A stretch of 64,000 nucleotides of DNA. Source: Bdellovibrionota bacterium (GTDB lineage: Bacteria > Bdellovibrionota_C > UBA2361 > CAKMMH01). This document shows, one piece after another, positions 1 to 9,075 of this stretch. The first letter of the stretch is position 1; each line of letters starts with the position of its first letter. Both the position numbers and the translations under genes were made by a program. Under the pieces are notes generated by a model. That model ran no database searches. It was not told the origin of the DNA and was given only the letters and a program-made list of their open reading frames with translations. The stretch is from positions 160,001 to 224,000 of the forward strand of contig JBMNLI010000012.1 of the NCBI GenBank assembly GCA_050952645.1, given 5' to 3'.

Positions 1-498
1 GTCGATTTTAGTCTTGCTAGAGGTCTAGATTATTACACGGGAAGCATTTTTGAGGTAAAACTAGAAGACCGCTTAGAGTATGGAGCTTTAGGAGCAGGGG
101 GTTCGTATGAAAATCTTTGTGGTGATTTTATAAATAAAAGCCTGCCTGGTATGGGGGCTTCTATCGGAATTACTAGAATAGTTTCTCTTATTATCGATGA
201 GGGTTTAGTAAGCTTAAAAAAATCTTTAGCAAATATTTTAATTGCAGTTTATGATGAAGCACAAAGAAAAAAGTGTAATAAAATCGCTAATAAGCTTAGA
301 AAGCTTGGATATAATACTGAGGTTTTTTATAAATCGATAAAAATAGGAAAGCAAATAGAGTATGCGGATAAATTAGGCATTCCATTTATTTTGTTTTTAG
401 ACCCTAATGATAATAAGACGATTTCAATTAAAAATTTAAAAACAAAGGAGCAAAAAGTTTTAGATAACCTAGAAAGTTTGAGGGAGATATGCAAGTAG
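1..498 (+). CDS. hisS: Histidyl-tRNA synthetase, 3' part (gene starts before the window)
   Basis: Frame 1 from base 1 reads VDFSLARGLDYYTGSIFE...GAGGSYENL...GASIGITR, matching the HisRS RGLDYY and motif-3 region. It is followed by the anticodon-binding domain (KQIEYADKLGIPF). Confidence 0.93.
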   Translation, partial: VDFSLARGLDYYTGSIFEVKLEDRLEYGALGAGGSYENLCGDFINKSLPGMGASIGITRIVSLIIDEGLVSLKKSLANILIAVYDEAQRKKCNKIANKLRKLGYNTEVFYKSIKIGKQIEYADKLGIPFILFLDPNDNKTISIKNLKTKEQKVLDNLESLREICK

Positions 499-2027
499 AA
501 ATCGGGAAGCAAGTAAAAACAGAAAAGTTAGAAAAGGTAGAAAAATTAAATTTAAGCAAATTAAAAAAAATTCACTTTGTGGGAATCGGTGGTTCTGCAA
601 TTAGTGCAGTAGCAAGGTTGCTTTTTAAAAATAATATAAAAATAACTGGCTCAGATGCTTCAAAAAATGCTATGACTGAATCGCTTTCAGAGTTAGGAAT
701 AAAGATATTTGATAGCCAAGTAAAAGAAAATTTAAGATATGAAGATGAGCTTCCAGACCTAGTGTTAATATCCCCTGCACTAATATTTTTAGATCCTAAT
801 AATGAAGAAATTTTATATGCAAAAGAAAAAAATATCCGAGTTTTAACTTGGCAAGAATTTTTAGGTGATTACTTAGATGCCTTAGATAAGTTTGGGCTTA
901 TAACTTGCGGAAGTGAGGGCAAGGGGACTACTTGTAGCTTTTTAAAGTGGATATTAAAGGGAACTAAGTATGACCCTTTAACGATATTAGGAGCAAATTT
1001 AAAGGATATAAATGAGATAGGGAAAAAATCAAACGTATATGAGGGAAGTAGCAATACGTATATTCTTGAAGGGGATGAGTTTAATAAAAATTTTCATAAT
1101 TACCATCCCCATATCGTGATGATGGTAAATTTTCAATATGAGCATCCAGAGTTTTATAAAAATTTTGATGAATATAAAAAATCTTTTTATGAATTTTTTT
1201 GTGGCATGAAAGGAGATGATAAAACTCTTATATTTAGAGCTACAGAAAATATGGTAAAGTTAGTAAAAGAATATGATTTAGAAAAAACTCATAAAATTAT
1301 TTGGTATAAAAACAGTGATGACGATGTAGAAAATAATGTAGAAAATAATATAGAAGTAAATTGTGATTATATTATAAGCAATGTTTCTAAAAATGGTGAA
1401 AAAGGAATAAAATTTATGTTAGAAACTCCTAAGGGAAGTTGCATGTTTAATATAAATGCTTTTCCTTATTATTTAGCGAATAATAGCACGGCTGCTATAA
1501 TTTGTGCTATGGAGTTAGGTCTTTCACTCGAGGAGATTTGGACTAATATTCAAAGATTTAATGGTATTGAAAGGCGTTTCGATGTGTATAAATTCGGGAA
1601 AAATGGGACTATCATTACTGATTATGGGCACTCGCCGAGTTCTATAAGACAAGTAGTAAAAGAGGCAAGAGAGTTTTTCCCAAATAAAAAATTACATCTA
1701 GTTTTCCAGCCTCATCTTTTTTCTAGAACTTATAATTTTTTTGATGAGTTGATAAGTGAACTTTCTAAGGCGGATAAGGTAAGTCTAGTAGATGTATATC
1801 CTGCAAGAGAAAGAAAAGAAGATTGGGAAGATAAGATACACTCGAAAATGCTAGTAGATAAATTAAATGAAAATAATATCGATGCTGAATATATAGGAGA
1901 GGCAAATAAGGTTCACGAAGCGCTCTTAGGAAAGGTAAACGATGGCGAGACTACGCTCTTTATGGGAGCTGGGGACATGGATAAGTCTTATAAAAAATTG
2001 TTCGCTAAGTTAGAAGCAGAAAATTAA
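489..2027 (+). CDS. murC: Mur ligase, MurC-like (UDP-N-acetylmuramate--L-alanine ligase), divergent
   Basis: HFVGIGGSAIS Rossmann motif, GSD, GSEGKGTT P-loop, EGDE, RRF, DYGHSP, FQPHLFSRT and MGAGD all follow the MurC layout. Confidence 0.8.
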   Translation: MQVEIGKQVKTEKLEKVEKLNLSKLKKIHFVGIGGSAISAVARLLFKNNIKITGSDASKNAMTESLSELGIKIFDSQVKENLRYEDELPDLVLISPALIFLDPNNEEILYAKEKNIRVLTWQEFLGDYLDALDKFGLITCGSEGKGTTCSFLKWILKGTKYDPLTILGANLKDINEIGKKSNVYEGSSNTYILEGDEFNKNFHNYHPHIVMMVNFQYEHPEFYKNFDEYKKSFYEFFCGMKGDDKTLIFRATENMVKLVKEYDLEKTHKIIWYKNSDDDVENNVENNIEVNCDYIISNVSKNGEKGIKFMLETPKGSCMFNINAFPYYLANNSTAAIICAMELGLSLEEIWTNIQRFNGIERRFDVYKFGKNGTIITDYGHSPSSIRQVVKEAREFFPNKKLHLVFQPHLFSRTYNFFDELISELSKADKVSLVDVYPARERKEDWEDKIHSKMLVDKLNENNIDAEYIGEANKVHEALLGKVNDGETTLFMGAGDMDKSYKKLFAKLEAEN

Positions 2028-2063
2028 AATTTAAATTAAAATTTAAATAAGGAAAAAAATATT

Positions 2064-2609
2064 ATGAAAAAAATTTACGCAACGACGATTTTAGCGGTTA
2101 GATATAATAAAAAATTAGTTTTTATTGGAGATGGACAAGTAACGCAAGGCGCTGTGGTGCTAAAGCATCACGCTAAGAAAGTGCGTAAAATAGAAGGATA
2201 TGATGTTTTAGGTGGCTTTGCTGGTTCTGCTGCCGATGCGTTTACTCTTTTTGAAATGTTTGAAAAAAAATTAAAAGAGTTTAGCGGAAATTTAACTAAA
2301 GCGTCAGTGGCGCTCGCAAAAGATTGGAGAGCAGATAAGTATTTAAGAGTTCTTGAAGCAAGCTTACTAGTTGGAGATAAAAAAGATTTATACTTGATCT
2401 CGGGTGATGGAAATATAGTAGCACCAGATAGCGATAATATAATGGCGATAGGTAGTGGCGGAGATTATGCACTAAGTGCAGCTAAGGGGATAATTTCTAC
2501 AAAACCTAAATTAAGCGCTAAGGATATTGCGACTAAGGCTATGAAGATAGCCTCCGAGATATGCATTTATACGAACGATAATTTTACGCTTGAAGAAATA
2601 GATTGTTAA
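2064..2609 (+). CDS. hslV: ATP-dependent protease peptidase subunit HslV
   Basis: TTILAV N-terminal Thr, GDGQVT, GFAGSAADA, AIGSGG and ICIYTN motifs; lies directly upstream of hslU. Confidence 0.97.
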   Translation: MKKIYATTILAVRYNKKLVFIGDGQVTQGAVVLKHHAKKVRKIEGYDVLGGFAGSAADAFTLFEMFEKKLKEFSGNLTKASVALAKDWRADKYLRVLEASLLVGDKKDLYLISGDGNIVAPDSDNIMAIGSGGDYALSAAKGIISTKPKLSAKDIATKAMKIASEICIYTNDNFTLEEIDC

Positions 2610-2749
2610 ATTAAATATTTTTTTAAAATAGTTATACTTTAAAGGGAATTTAGATTTTTATGACTAATGATAAGACTAGTAGCAAGATAAGCAGTAAGAC
2701 TAACAGCAAGACTAACAATAAAATTAAGGTAAAGGCTATAAATAATATT

Positions 2750-4189
2750 ATGGCTAATAGTGAGCTTACTCCAAAAGAGATAGTAAAAGAGTTAGATAAA
2801 TACATTATTGCACAAAAAGAAGCAAAAAAAGCGGTAGCCATAGCACTTAGAAATAGATGGAGACGAATGCAGCTAGACGATGAGCTAAAGGAAGAGATAA
2901 CACCTAAAAATATTATAATGATCGGAGCAACAGGAGTTGGAAAGACTGAAATCTCTAGACGTTTAGCAAGACTAGTTAAGGCTCCGTTTATAAAAGTTGA
3001 GGCTTCTAAGTTTACGGAGGTTGGGTATGTAGGAAGAGATGTCGAGTCGATAATTCGTGAGCTTATGGATTGTTCGTATAATTTAGTTAAAAACGAAGAG
3101 ATAGAAAAAGTAAGGAAAAAAGCTGAAAAAATAGTAGATGAAAAAATACTCGATGCTTTAATGGAAAAATATAAGGAAAAATATAAGGAAAAGTATAAGG
3201 AAAAGTATAGTGAAAAATATAAAAAATCGTTTGAAGTAATCGTTGATGAAAAAAATAATAAAAATAATTTTGGCAGAGAAAAATTTAGTAAAGAGGATAT
3301 CGAAAAATTTAATAAAAAAAGAGATGAGTTAAGGAAAAAGCTTAAAAGTGGAAAACTAGAAGATGAGGAAATAGAGTATAGAGTAACTAAACAAATTCAA
3401 ACTCAAATGCAAATAATGGGTCCTATGGGCATCGGGGAAATCGAAGGGCAAATAAAGGATATATTTTCTAGCATGCTTCCTAAACAAAGAGAAAAAAAGA
3501 TAACTCTAGTTAAAGATGCAAGAAAAATTTTGCTTTCGGAAATTTCTGAAGATATGTTAAATAATGAAAAAATAGTATCTGAAGCTTTAAGGCGTTCTGA
3601 GCAAACTGGAATAGTTTTTATAGATGAGATAGATAAGATAGCACAAGTAGGGGAAATAAAAGGCTCTGATGTATCAAAAGAAGGAGTGCAAAGAGATTTA
3701 CTTCCTTTAGTTGAAGGATGCACGGTAGGCACTAAGTATGGAAGCGTTAAAACGGATCATATCTTATTTATAACCTCTGGGGCGTTTCACACCTGCAAGC
3801 CATCAGATTTAATGCCAGAGTTTCAAGGGCGTTTTCCTATTAGAGTAGAACTAGAAGATTTAACTGCTGAGCATTTAGAAAAGATTTTAAAAGAACCAAA
3901 ACATGCGATAACTAAGCAATATATAGCACTTCTAGCCACTGAAGGGGTAGACCTTAAATTTACTAACGATGGTATAAAAGAGATCGCAAAATACACCGCA
4001 TTAGTTAACCAAAAAACTGAAAATATAGGTGCAAGAAGACTTCACACTCTTTTAGAAAAAATCTTAGAAGACATTTCATTTAATGCTAATGAAATGAAAA
4101 ACAAGAAAGTTGTAATAGATGCAAAATTTGTAAAAAAACAATTAAGTGAGATCGTAAAAGATGAAGATTTAAGTAGGTATATATTATAA
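2750..4189 (+). CDS. hslU: ATP-dependent protease ATPase subunit HslU
   Basis: LTPKEIVKELDKYII, GATGVGKTE, FIDEIDKI, GVQRDLLP and ENIGARRL motifs. Start placed at ATG 2750 because the ORF-track extension from 2660 is a 12-bp repeat. Confidence 0.97.
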   Translation: MANSELTPKEIVKELDKYIIAQKEAKKAVAIALRNRWRRMQLDDELKEEITPKNIIMIGATGVGKTEISRRLARLVKAPFIKVEASKFTEVGYVGRDVESIIRELMDCSYNLVKNEEIEKVRKKAEKIVDEKILDALMEKYKEKYKEKYKEKYSEKYKKSFEVIVDEKNNKNNFGREKFSKEDIEKFNKKRDELRKKLKSGKLEDEEIEYRVTKQIQTQMQIMGPMGIGEIEGQIKDIFSSMLPKQREKKITLVKDARKILLSEISEDMLNNEKIVSEALRRSEQTGIVFIDEIDKIAQVGEIKGSDVSKEGVQRDLLPLVEGCTVGTKYGSVKTDHILFITSGAFHTCKPSDLMPEFQGRFPIRVELEDLTAEHLEKILKEPKHAITKQYIALLATEGVDLKFTNDGIKEIAKYTALVNQKTENIGARRLHTLLEKILEDISFNANEMKNKKVVIDAKFVKKQLSEIVKDEDLSRYIL

Positions 4190-4236
4190 ATATATATATA
4201 TATAAATATTTACTTAAATGTTTTTAGTAGATAATG

Positions 4237-4316
4237 GTTTTTTGTATTTTAAAGAGGGTTTAAGTTAATTCTCCTAAAAAAAAGATTTTTTAAACCTGTT
4301 TAAAATACACGAGAAC
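4237..4316. repeat. Diverged short copy of the long-hairpin repeat family
   Basis: GTTTTTTGTATTTTAAAGAGGGTTTAAG...TTTAAACCTGTTTAAAATACACGAGAAC is an inverted repeat. Its 5' half resembles 60189-60230. Confidence 0.5.
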
Positions 4317-4357
4317 AAAAAATAATTTAGAAAAAAATTTTTAGATTAGGAAACTAT

Positions 4358-6013
4358 ATGGCACTATTTTTTAAAAATAAAATTAGCTATACGGCGCTAG
4401 TTTTTTTATTTATATGTATAGGTTTTATCGTTAGGTTGATATACTTAGGCGAGGTTCCTGGAAATGGTGCTCTAAACTACGATGAAGCTTATGGCGGTTA
4501 TGAGGCTTGGTCTATGCTTCATTATGGGCACGACTCGAGAGGGTATAAAAATTTTCCTGTATATTTAAAAACTTGGGGATCTGGCATGAGTTTGCTTCCT
4601 AATCTTTCTATGATGCCTTTTATAAAATTTTTAGACTTAACGCCACTTGCTATCAGGCTTCCGCAAGCTATTTTAGGTTGCATTTCTCTTGTCGTATTCT
4701 TTTTATTAGTTTTAAAAATAAAAGGACTCTTTGAGGGGTTAGTCGCCCTGTTTTTACTTAGCATTTGTCCTTGGCATATAATGATGTCTAGATGGGGGCT
4801 AGATTGTAATTTTTTCCCTGGGTTTTTGCTTATTAGCATATATTTACTAGTAAAATCAAAAGAGAATAAAAATTATTTTTATTTATCTATGATATTTTTT
4901 GGCTTAACGCTTTATACTTACGCCGCTCCTTGGACTATAATGCCATTTTTAGTTATGCATCTTTTATATTTTGTAGTTCTAAAAGGCAATATTATAAATA
5001 TTTTTAAAAAAGAGGTATTTTTAAAATTATTATTCGGTTTTTTTATTTTGTTTATAATCTCTCTTCCTTTAATGCTGCTCGTTTTAGTAAATTTAGATTA
5101 TTTAGATGAATTTTCTTTTGGTATTTTTTCTATTCCACGTTTTAATTGTTTTCGCTATCGTGATGTAAATTTTAGTTTTAATGTAGTTTTAAGAAGAATA
5201 TTAGTTTTTTTACACATAATAATATTTAAGCAATCTGATGGTCTATTTTTTAACTCTCTAGATAATATTGGGATATACTATAGAATCACTTCCTTTTTCT
5301 TTATAATAGGTTTTTATACCGAATTTAAAAAATATTTAAAACGTAAAATTTTAGGCATTAAAAATCCACTCTCTCATATTATGCTTATATGGCTATTTTA
5401 TGCGTTTGTACTTTCATTGCTAATAGATATAAATGTAAATAGATTAAACATAGTGCATCTACCTATAATATATTTTTCTGCCGTAGGGATTTGTGTTTTT
5501 CTAAATAGTATTAGGGAAAAAAATATTAAAGAAAAAAACATTAAGAAAAGCAGAACGCAAGCTTTTAAGATAGCAAATATAGCGATTGTGTTTTTATACT
5601 TATCTTTATTTTCTAATTTTGTAAAATTTTATTTTACAGAGCATTCAGATATATTTTATCACTTCTTTTTTGGTGAAATGCCAAAAGTTTTAGAAAAAGT
5701 AAAGGATTTAACTAAGGATAATTCGCATGCGCTTATTCACACTGATACTAGCTATTTTGCTTATCCTAATATTCTTTTTTACTTAAAATTTCCAACTGAT
5801 GAATATTTAAAGACTGTAAAATTTGTAGATGTGAGGATTCCCGTTCAACCTATAATAGGTTTTTCTAATTTTAGGTTTTCCTCATCTGTGCATAGTACGT
5901 ATAAAAAAGGTGATATCTATATATTAGAAAATAGAAATAGCGAGCATAGAAATTTTATCGTACGCAATAAATTAAAGTATGATATCTTTGGCAGGTATTT
6001 ACTAGCTTATTAG
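4358..6013 (+). CDS. GT-C fold membrane glycosyltransferase (GT39/ArnT/PMT-like)
   Basis: Polytopic membrane protein with an N-terminal NYDEA loop motif, AIRLP and PWHIMMSRWG. Confidence 0.8.
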   Translation: MALFFKNKISYTALVFLFICIGFIVRLIYLGEVPGNGALNYDEAYGGYEAWSMLHYGHDSRGYKNFPVYLKTWGSGMSLLPNLSMMPFIKFLDLTPLAIRLPQAILGCISLVVFFLLVLKIKGLFEGLVALFLLSICPWHIMMSRWGLDCNFFPGFLLISIYLLVKSKENKNYFYLSMIFFGLTLYTYAAPWTIMPFLVMHLLYFVVLKGNIINIFKKEVFLKLLFGFFILFIISLPLMLLVLVNLDYLDEFSFGIFSIPRFNCFRYRDVNFSFNVVLRRILVFLHIIIFKQSDGLFFNSLDNIGIYYRITSFFFIIGFYTEFKKYLKRKILGIKNPLSHIMLIWLFYAFVLSLLIDINVNRLNIVHLPIIYFSAVGICVFLNSIREKNIKEKNIKKSRTQAFKIANIAIVFLYLSLFSNFVKFYFTEHSDIFYHFFFGEMPKVLEKVKDLTKDNSHALIHTDTSYFAYPNILFYLKFPTDEYLKTVKFVDVRIPVQPIIGFSNFRFSSSVHSTYKKGDIYILENRNSEHRNFIVRNKLKYDIFGRYLLAY

Positions 6014-7356
6014 TTTTTTTCTAAATTTTTTAAGTATTTTATTAAAAATTCTTTTTCGTTTTTGCTAGGATCTTCTATTATTAACTCTAGTAATTTGTTT
6101 TTTATTTCTCCTATTTTTTTCGATCGAGGAAGTGCTAAGACGTCCATAATATCATTTCCTGAAATGGCGAGTTTAAAAAAATCTCTATTTTTTTGTGCTT
6201 CAATCTCTGCATTGTAGCGAAGTAGAAAATTATCTAATCTTTCATTAAACTTTTTGTTATCCATAGTAGGGGGTTTGTCGGCTTTTATAAGCATAAGCCA
6301 AGAGTTAAAATTTCCTTTTAAATCTCTTATAAGGCGTCTAATCCCTGCATCTCCTGCATCGAGACTACGCATATGAAGATTAACTACCGTTAGAACCGTA
6401 TCTATAGTTTTTTTAGGAAAGCAGAGACGCTCTAAAAAAATTTTTGCTATTTTAGTGCTTACTTTTTCATGTCCGTAAAAATGGCGTTCTCCTTGCTCGT
6501 CTATAGAAACGGTGTGAGGTTTTCCCGTATCGTGAAGAAGGGCTGCAAGTCTAACCTCTAAGATAGGCGGAGTGTTGTTTACTACATTTAGGGTGTGATC
6601 AAATACGTTTTCGATGTGATATTTATTTTGTTTGCAATTTACCATTGGGGTTAGCTCGGGGAAAAGCTCGTTTAAAAAATTAAATTCCACAAGTTTTTTA
6701 AATGCGTTTTTTGGATTTTCTGAAATTAAAATATTTGATAGCTCATCTTTTATACGCTCTATGCTAACACCTTTAATACTTTCAAAGTTTTCTTTTGCGG
6801 CATCTATTAGGTTTTTTGCTGGCTCTCTATTTTGAGCGTATGAAAAACGAAACATTCTAAGTATTCTTAGTGGGTCATCTAAGAAAATTTTTTTTGCATC
6901 ACACGGGCATTCTAGCACATTATTTTTTAGAGCGTTTAGTCCGAAAAAAGGGTCTATAATCTCGTTATTTATAACATCGAAAGCGATAGCGTTTATAGAA
7001 AAATCACGCAATCTTAAATCTTCTAAAAGCGTGTTTTCTTTTCCTCTAAATTCAGTTATTTCTACTTTTTGGTTTTCTAAATATACGCTAATAGTTCCAT
7101 GGCGTTTGCCAGTATCTATAACTTTTAATGTTTTTTCTAGTATACGTGAAACCTCTTTTATGTTTAAACTAGTGCATAAATCGATATCTTTTACCTTATT
7201 TTTAAGCGCAATATCTCTTATCACTCCGCCTACAAGGTAAATTTCAGAGAAATCTTTTAATTTAACGATAATTTCTAGTAGTAATGTATGTTCTTTAACT
7301 AGTTTGGTAAGTTTTTGTTTTAGCACATTTTCTTTTAACATATTTTCTTTTAACAT
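6010..7356 (-). CDS. cca: tRNA nucleotidyltransferase (CCA-adding family) with HD domain
   Basis: YLVGGVIRD, DIDL, RDFSINAIA, DDPLRILR, ERIKDE and LLHDTGK motifs. Confidence 0.88.
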   Translation of the reverse strand: MLKENMLKENVLKQKLTKLVKEHTLLLEIIVKLKDFSEIYLVGGVIRDIALKNKVKDIDLCTSLNIKEVSRILEKTLKVIDTGKRHGTISVYLENQKVEITEFRGKENTLLEDLRLRDFSINAIAFDVINNEIIDPFFGLNALKNNVLECPCDAKKIFLDDPLRILRMFRFSYAQNREPAKNLIDAAKENFESIKGVSIERIKDELSNILISENPKNAFKKLVEFNFLNELFPELTPMVNCKQNKYHIENVFDHTLNVVNNTPPILEVRLAALLHDTGKPHTVSIDEQGERHFYGHEKVSTKIAKIFLERLCFPKKTIDTVLTVVNLHMRSLDAGDAGIRRLIRDLKGNFNSWLMLIKADKPPTMDNKKFNERLDNFLLRYNAEIEAQKNRDFFKLAISGNDIMDVLALPRSKKIGEIKNKLLELIIEDPSKNEKEFLIKYLKNLEKN

Positions 7357-7490
7357 AATGTAAGTATTATTAAAGATAAATTAAGTTTTGTAAAATTAAA
7401 TTTGATTTTATTTTAAAATATTGAGAGAATAATTTTAAAGATCGTATTTCTTAGAGGTTCTTTATTTGCAAATTAGAAAGAGAGTAGAAG

Positions 7491-8036
7491 ATGGCTAAAA
7501 AGTGTCCCCTTAAACTTAAAAAGATTTATTCTGAGGGAATGAGAGAAGGTGTTAAAGGGACTTTCAATAAGAACTATAAAAAAGCTATGCTTGAAGTTCG
7601 TGAAAAGTTTAATGAATATCAAAAAAACCAAGGACCTACGTATATAAACTCTAAAGGTTCTAAAGAAGATTTTAGTTATATTTCAAAATATTTTAAAAGA
7701 TATATAGAGGGTGCAAGAAGATATTTAATATTAGGATTAGATAAGGAAAATTTTAACTCGATACGTAATTTTCAAGAAAACGCATCGAAATCTGTAGAAG
7801 AATTTCTAAAAGCTAACCCTGAACTAATACCTTATATCAACAAGATACTTGATGAAGAACAAAGTTCTGTTATAAAGTGTATTACTGGTAAGTCTCCTAA
7901 AGATTTCGATGTTTGGGCAATCGAGACTAATAATTACCTTGGAGATTTATTGTGGCTTGAACGTAGAGAGCTTGAAAAAGATCTTAAACCTGACATTAAA
8001 AGTTTTCTAGAAAATAAAGGTAAAAGGCGGATTTAA
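7491..8036 (+). CDS. Hypothetical protein
   Basis: 181-aa ORF with genome-like codon usage and a purine-rich sequence before the ATG; no recognisable motif. Confidence 0.65.
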   Translation: MAKKCPLKLKKIYSEGMREGVKGTFNKNYKKAMLEVREKFNEYQKNQGPTYINSKGSKEDFSYISKYFKRYIEGARRYLILGLDKENFNSIRNFQENASKSVEEFLKANPELIPYINKILDEEQSSVIKCITGKSPKDFDVWAIETNNYLGDLLWLERRELEKDLKPDIKSFLENKGKRRI

Positions 8037-8085
8037 ACTCGCATTTTTTTGATTTTGAAATAATATTAGAAAACGACCTTTTGCA

Positions 8086-8136
8086 CTAGGTGGAAGGGCG
8101 GCTTTGCCTAAATTAGAGCAAAGCTCCTCCTCCTAG
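8086..8136. terminator. GC-rich hairpin between convergent genes (probable bidirectional terminator)
   Basis: CTAGG.GGA.GG...GCTTTGC-loop-GCAAAGC.CC.CC.CCTAG inverted repeat between ORF 7491 and tpiA. Confidence 0.5.
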
Positions 8137-8163
8137 CTCATGTTTTTTTTGCCTTATTTTTTC

Positions 8164-8910
8164 CTATTTTTCAGAAATTTCCATAAGCCCTACGAATTGA
8201 TCTTCTTTTAAAGCGGCTCCGCCAACTAGTGCACCCGAAACTAATGGAACTTTAATAATTTCTTCGTAATTGTCTGGTTTGACACTTCCGCCATATAAAA
8301 TAGGAGGACAAGTAAAGCTAGTTTTTTCTTCCCAATAAGTAGCTATAAAAGAATGCGTTTCTTTAATTTCCTTAGTAGTCGCTACCTTGCCAGTTCCAAT
8401 CGCCCAAACTGGTTCATAAGCGATAATAAGATTTTCATAATTTTTATTTTCTAAAAGTGAAATTAGAGCATCCATTTGAGTTTGAAGCACCTTATTAGTT
8501 TGCCCACTTTCTCTAGCATCTAATTTTTCACCGATGCAAAAAATAGTGATCAAATTTTCATCTAAAGCTTTCTTAGTTCTTTTAGCTACAAGCTCATCTG
8601 TTTCGCCAAATACATTTCTTCTTTCAGAATGCCCAGTTAGAGTAAAGTCTGCATTAATGGCTTTTAACATTTGAACTGAAACCTCACCAGTAAAAGCACC
8701 GCTATCTTCAAAGTAAACGTTTTGAGCACCTACAAGAAGACTATTTTGAACGGCTTTTTTAGTAGCTGAAACGTTTAGCATGCTAGGAGCTACTCCAACT
8801 ACTGTGTTTTTTAATGTGCTTGAAGCATTTGCGAATTTTTTAGCTAAGTTTATAGACTCTTCTTCAGTTAAATTCATTTTCCAGTTTGCGAAAAGATATC
8901 TTTTTGTCAT
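8164..8910 (-). CDS. tpiA: Triosephosphate isomerase
   Basis: ANWKMN, GAFTGEVS, GHSERR, AYEPVWAIGTG, YGGSVK and LVGGA motifs. Confidence 0.98.
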   Translation of the reverse strand: MTKRYLFANWKMNLTEEESINLAKKFANASSTLKNTVVGVAPSMLNVSATKKAVQNSLLVGAQNVYFEDSGAFTGEVSVQMLKAINADFTLTGHSERRNVFGETDELVAKRTKKALDENLITIFCIGEKLDARESGQTNKVLQTQMDALISLLENKNYENLIIAYEPVWAIGTGKVATTKEIKETHSFIATYWEEKTSFTCPPILYGGSVKPDNYEEIIKVPLVSGALVGGAALKEDQFVGLMEISEK

Positions 8911-8968
8911 AAATTAAATCCCCTTAAAAATAAATTATAAAATAAAATCTTGATATAAAACTTGATAT

Positions 8969-9010
8969 AAAAAAAGCGAGCATCTTATTTTTTTTTAAAT
9001 ACTCGCTTTT
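8969..9010 (-). terminator. Probable intrinsic terminator or attenuating hairpin after gap
   Basis: AAAAGCGAG...CTCGCTTTT stem with a U-tract on the minus strand. Confidence 0.5.
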
Positions 9011-9075
9011 AAAATGCTTAAATGATTTATAAAATTTTATTAAATATTTTTTACTAAATATTTTTTAATAAATAT

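Noticed and set aside
2660..2749. N-terminal extensions in the ORF track (hslU 2660, pal 15241, M16 24687, TetR 38906)
   Set aside because: They run through micro-repeats or promoter boxes; downstream ATGs fit family N-termini better.
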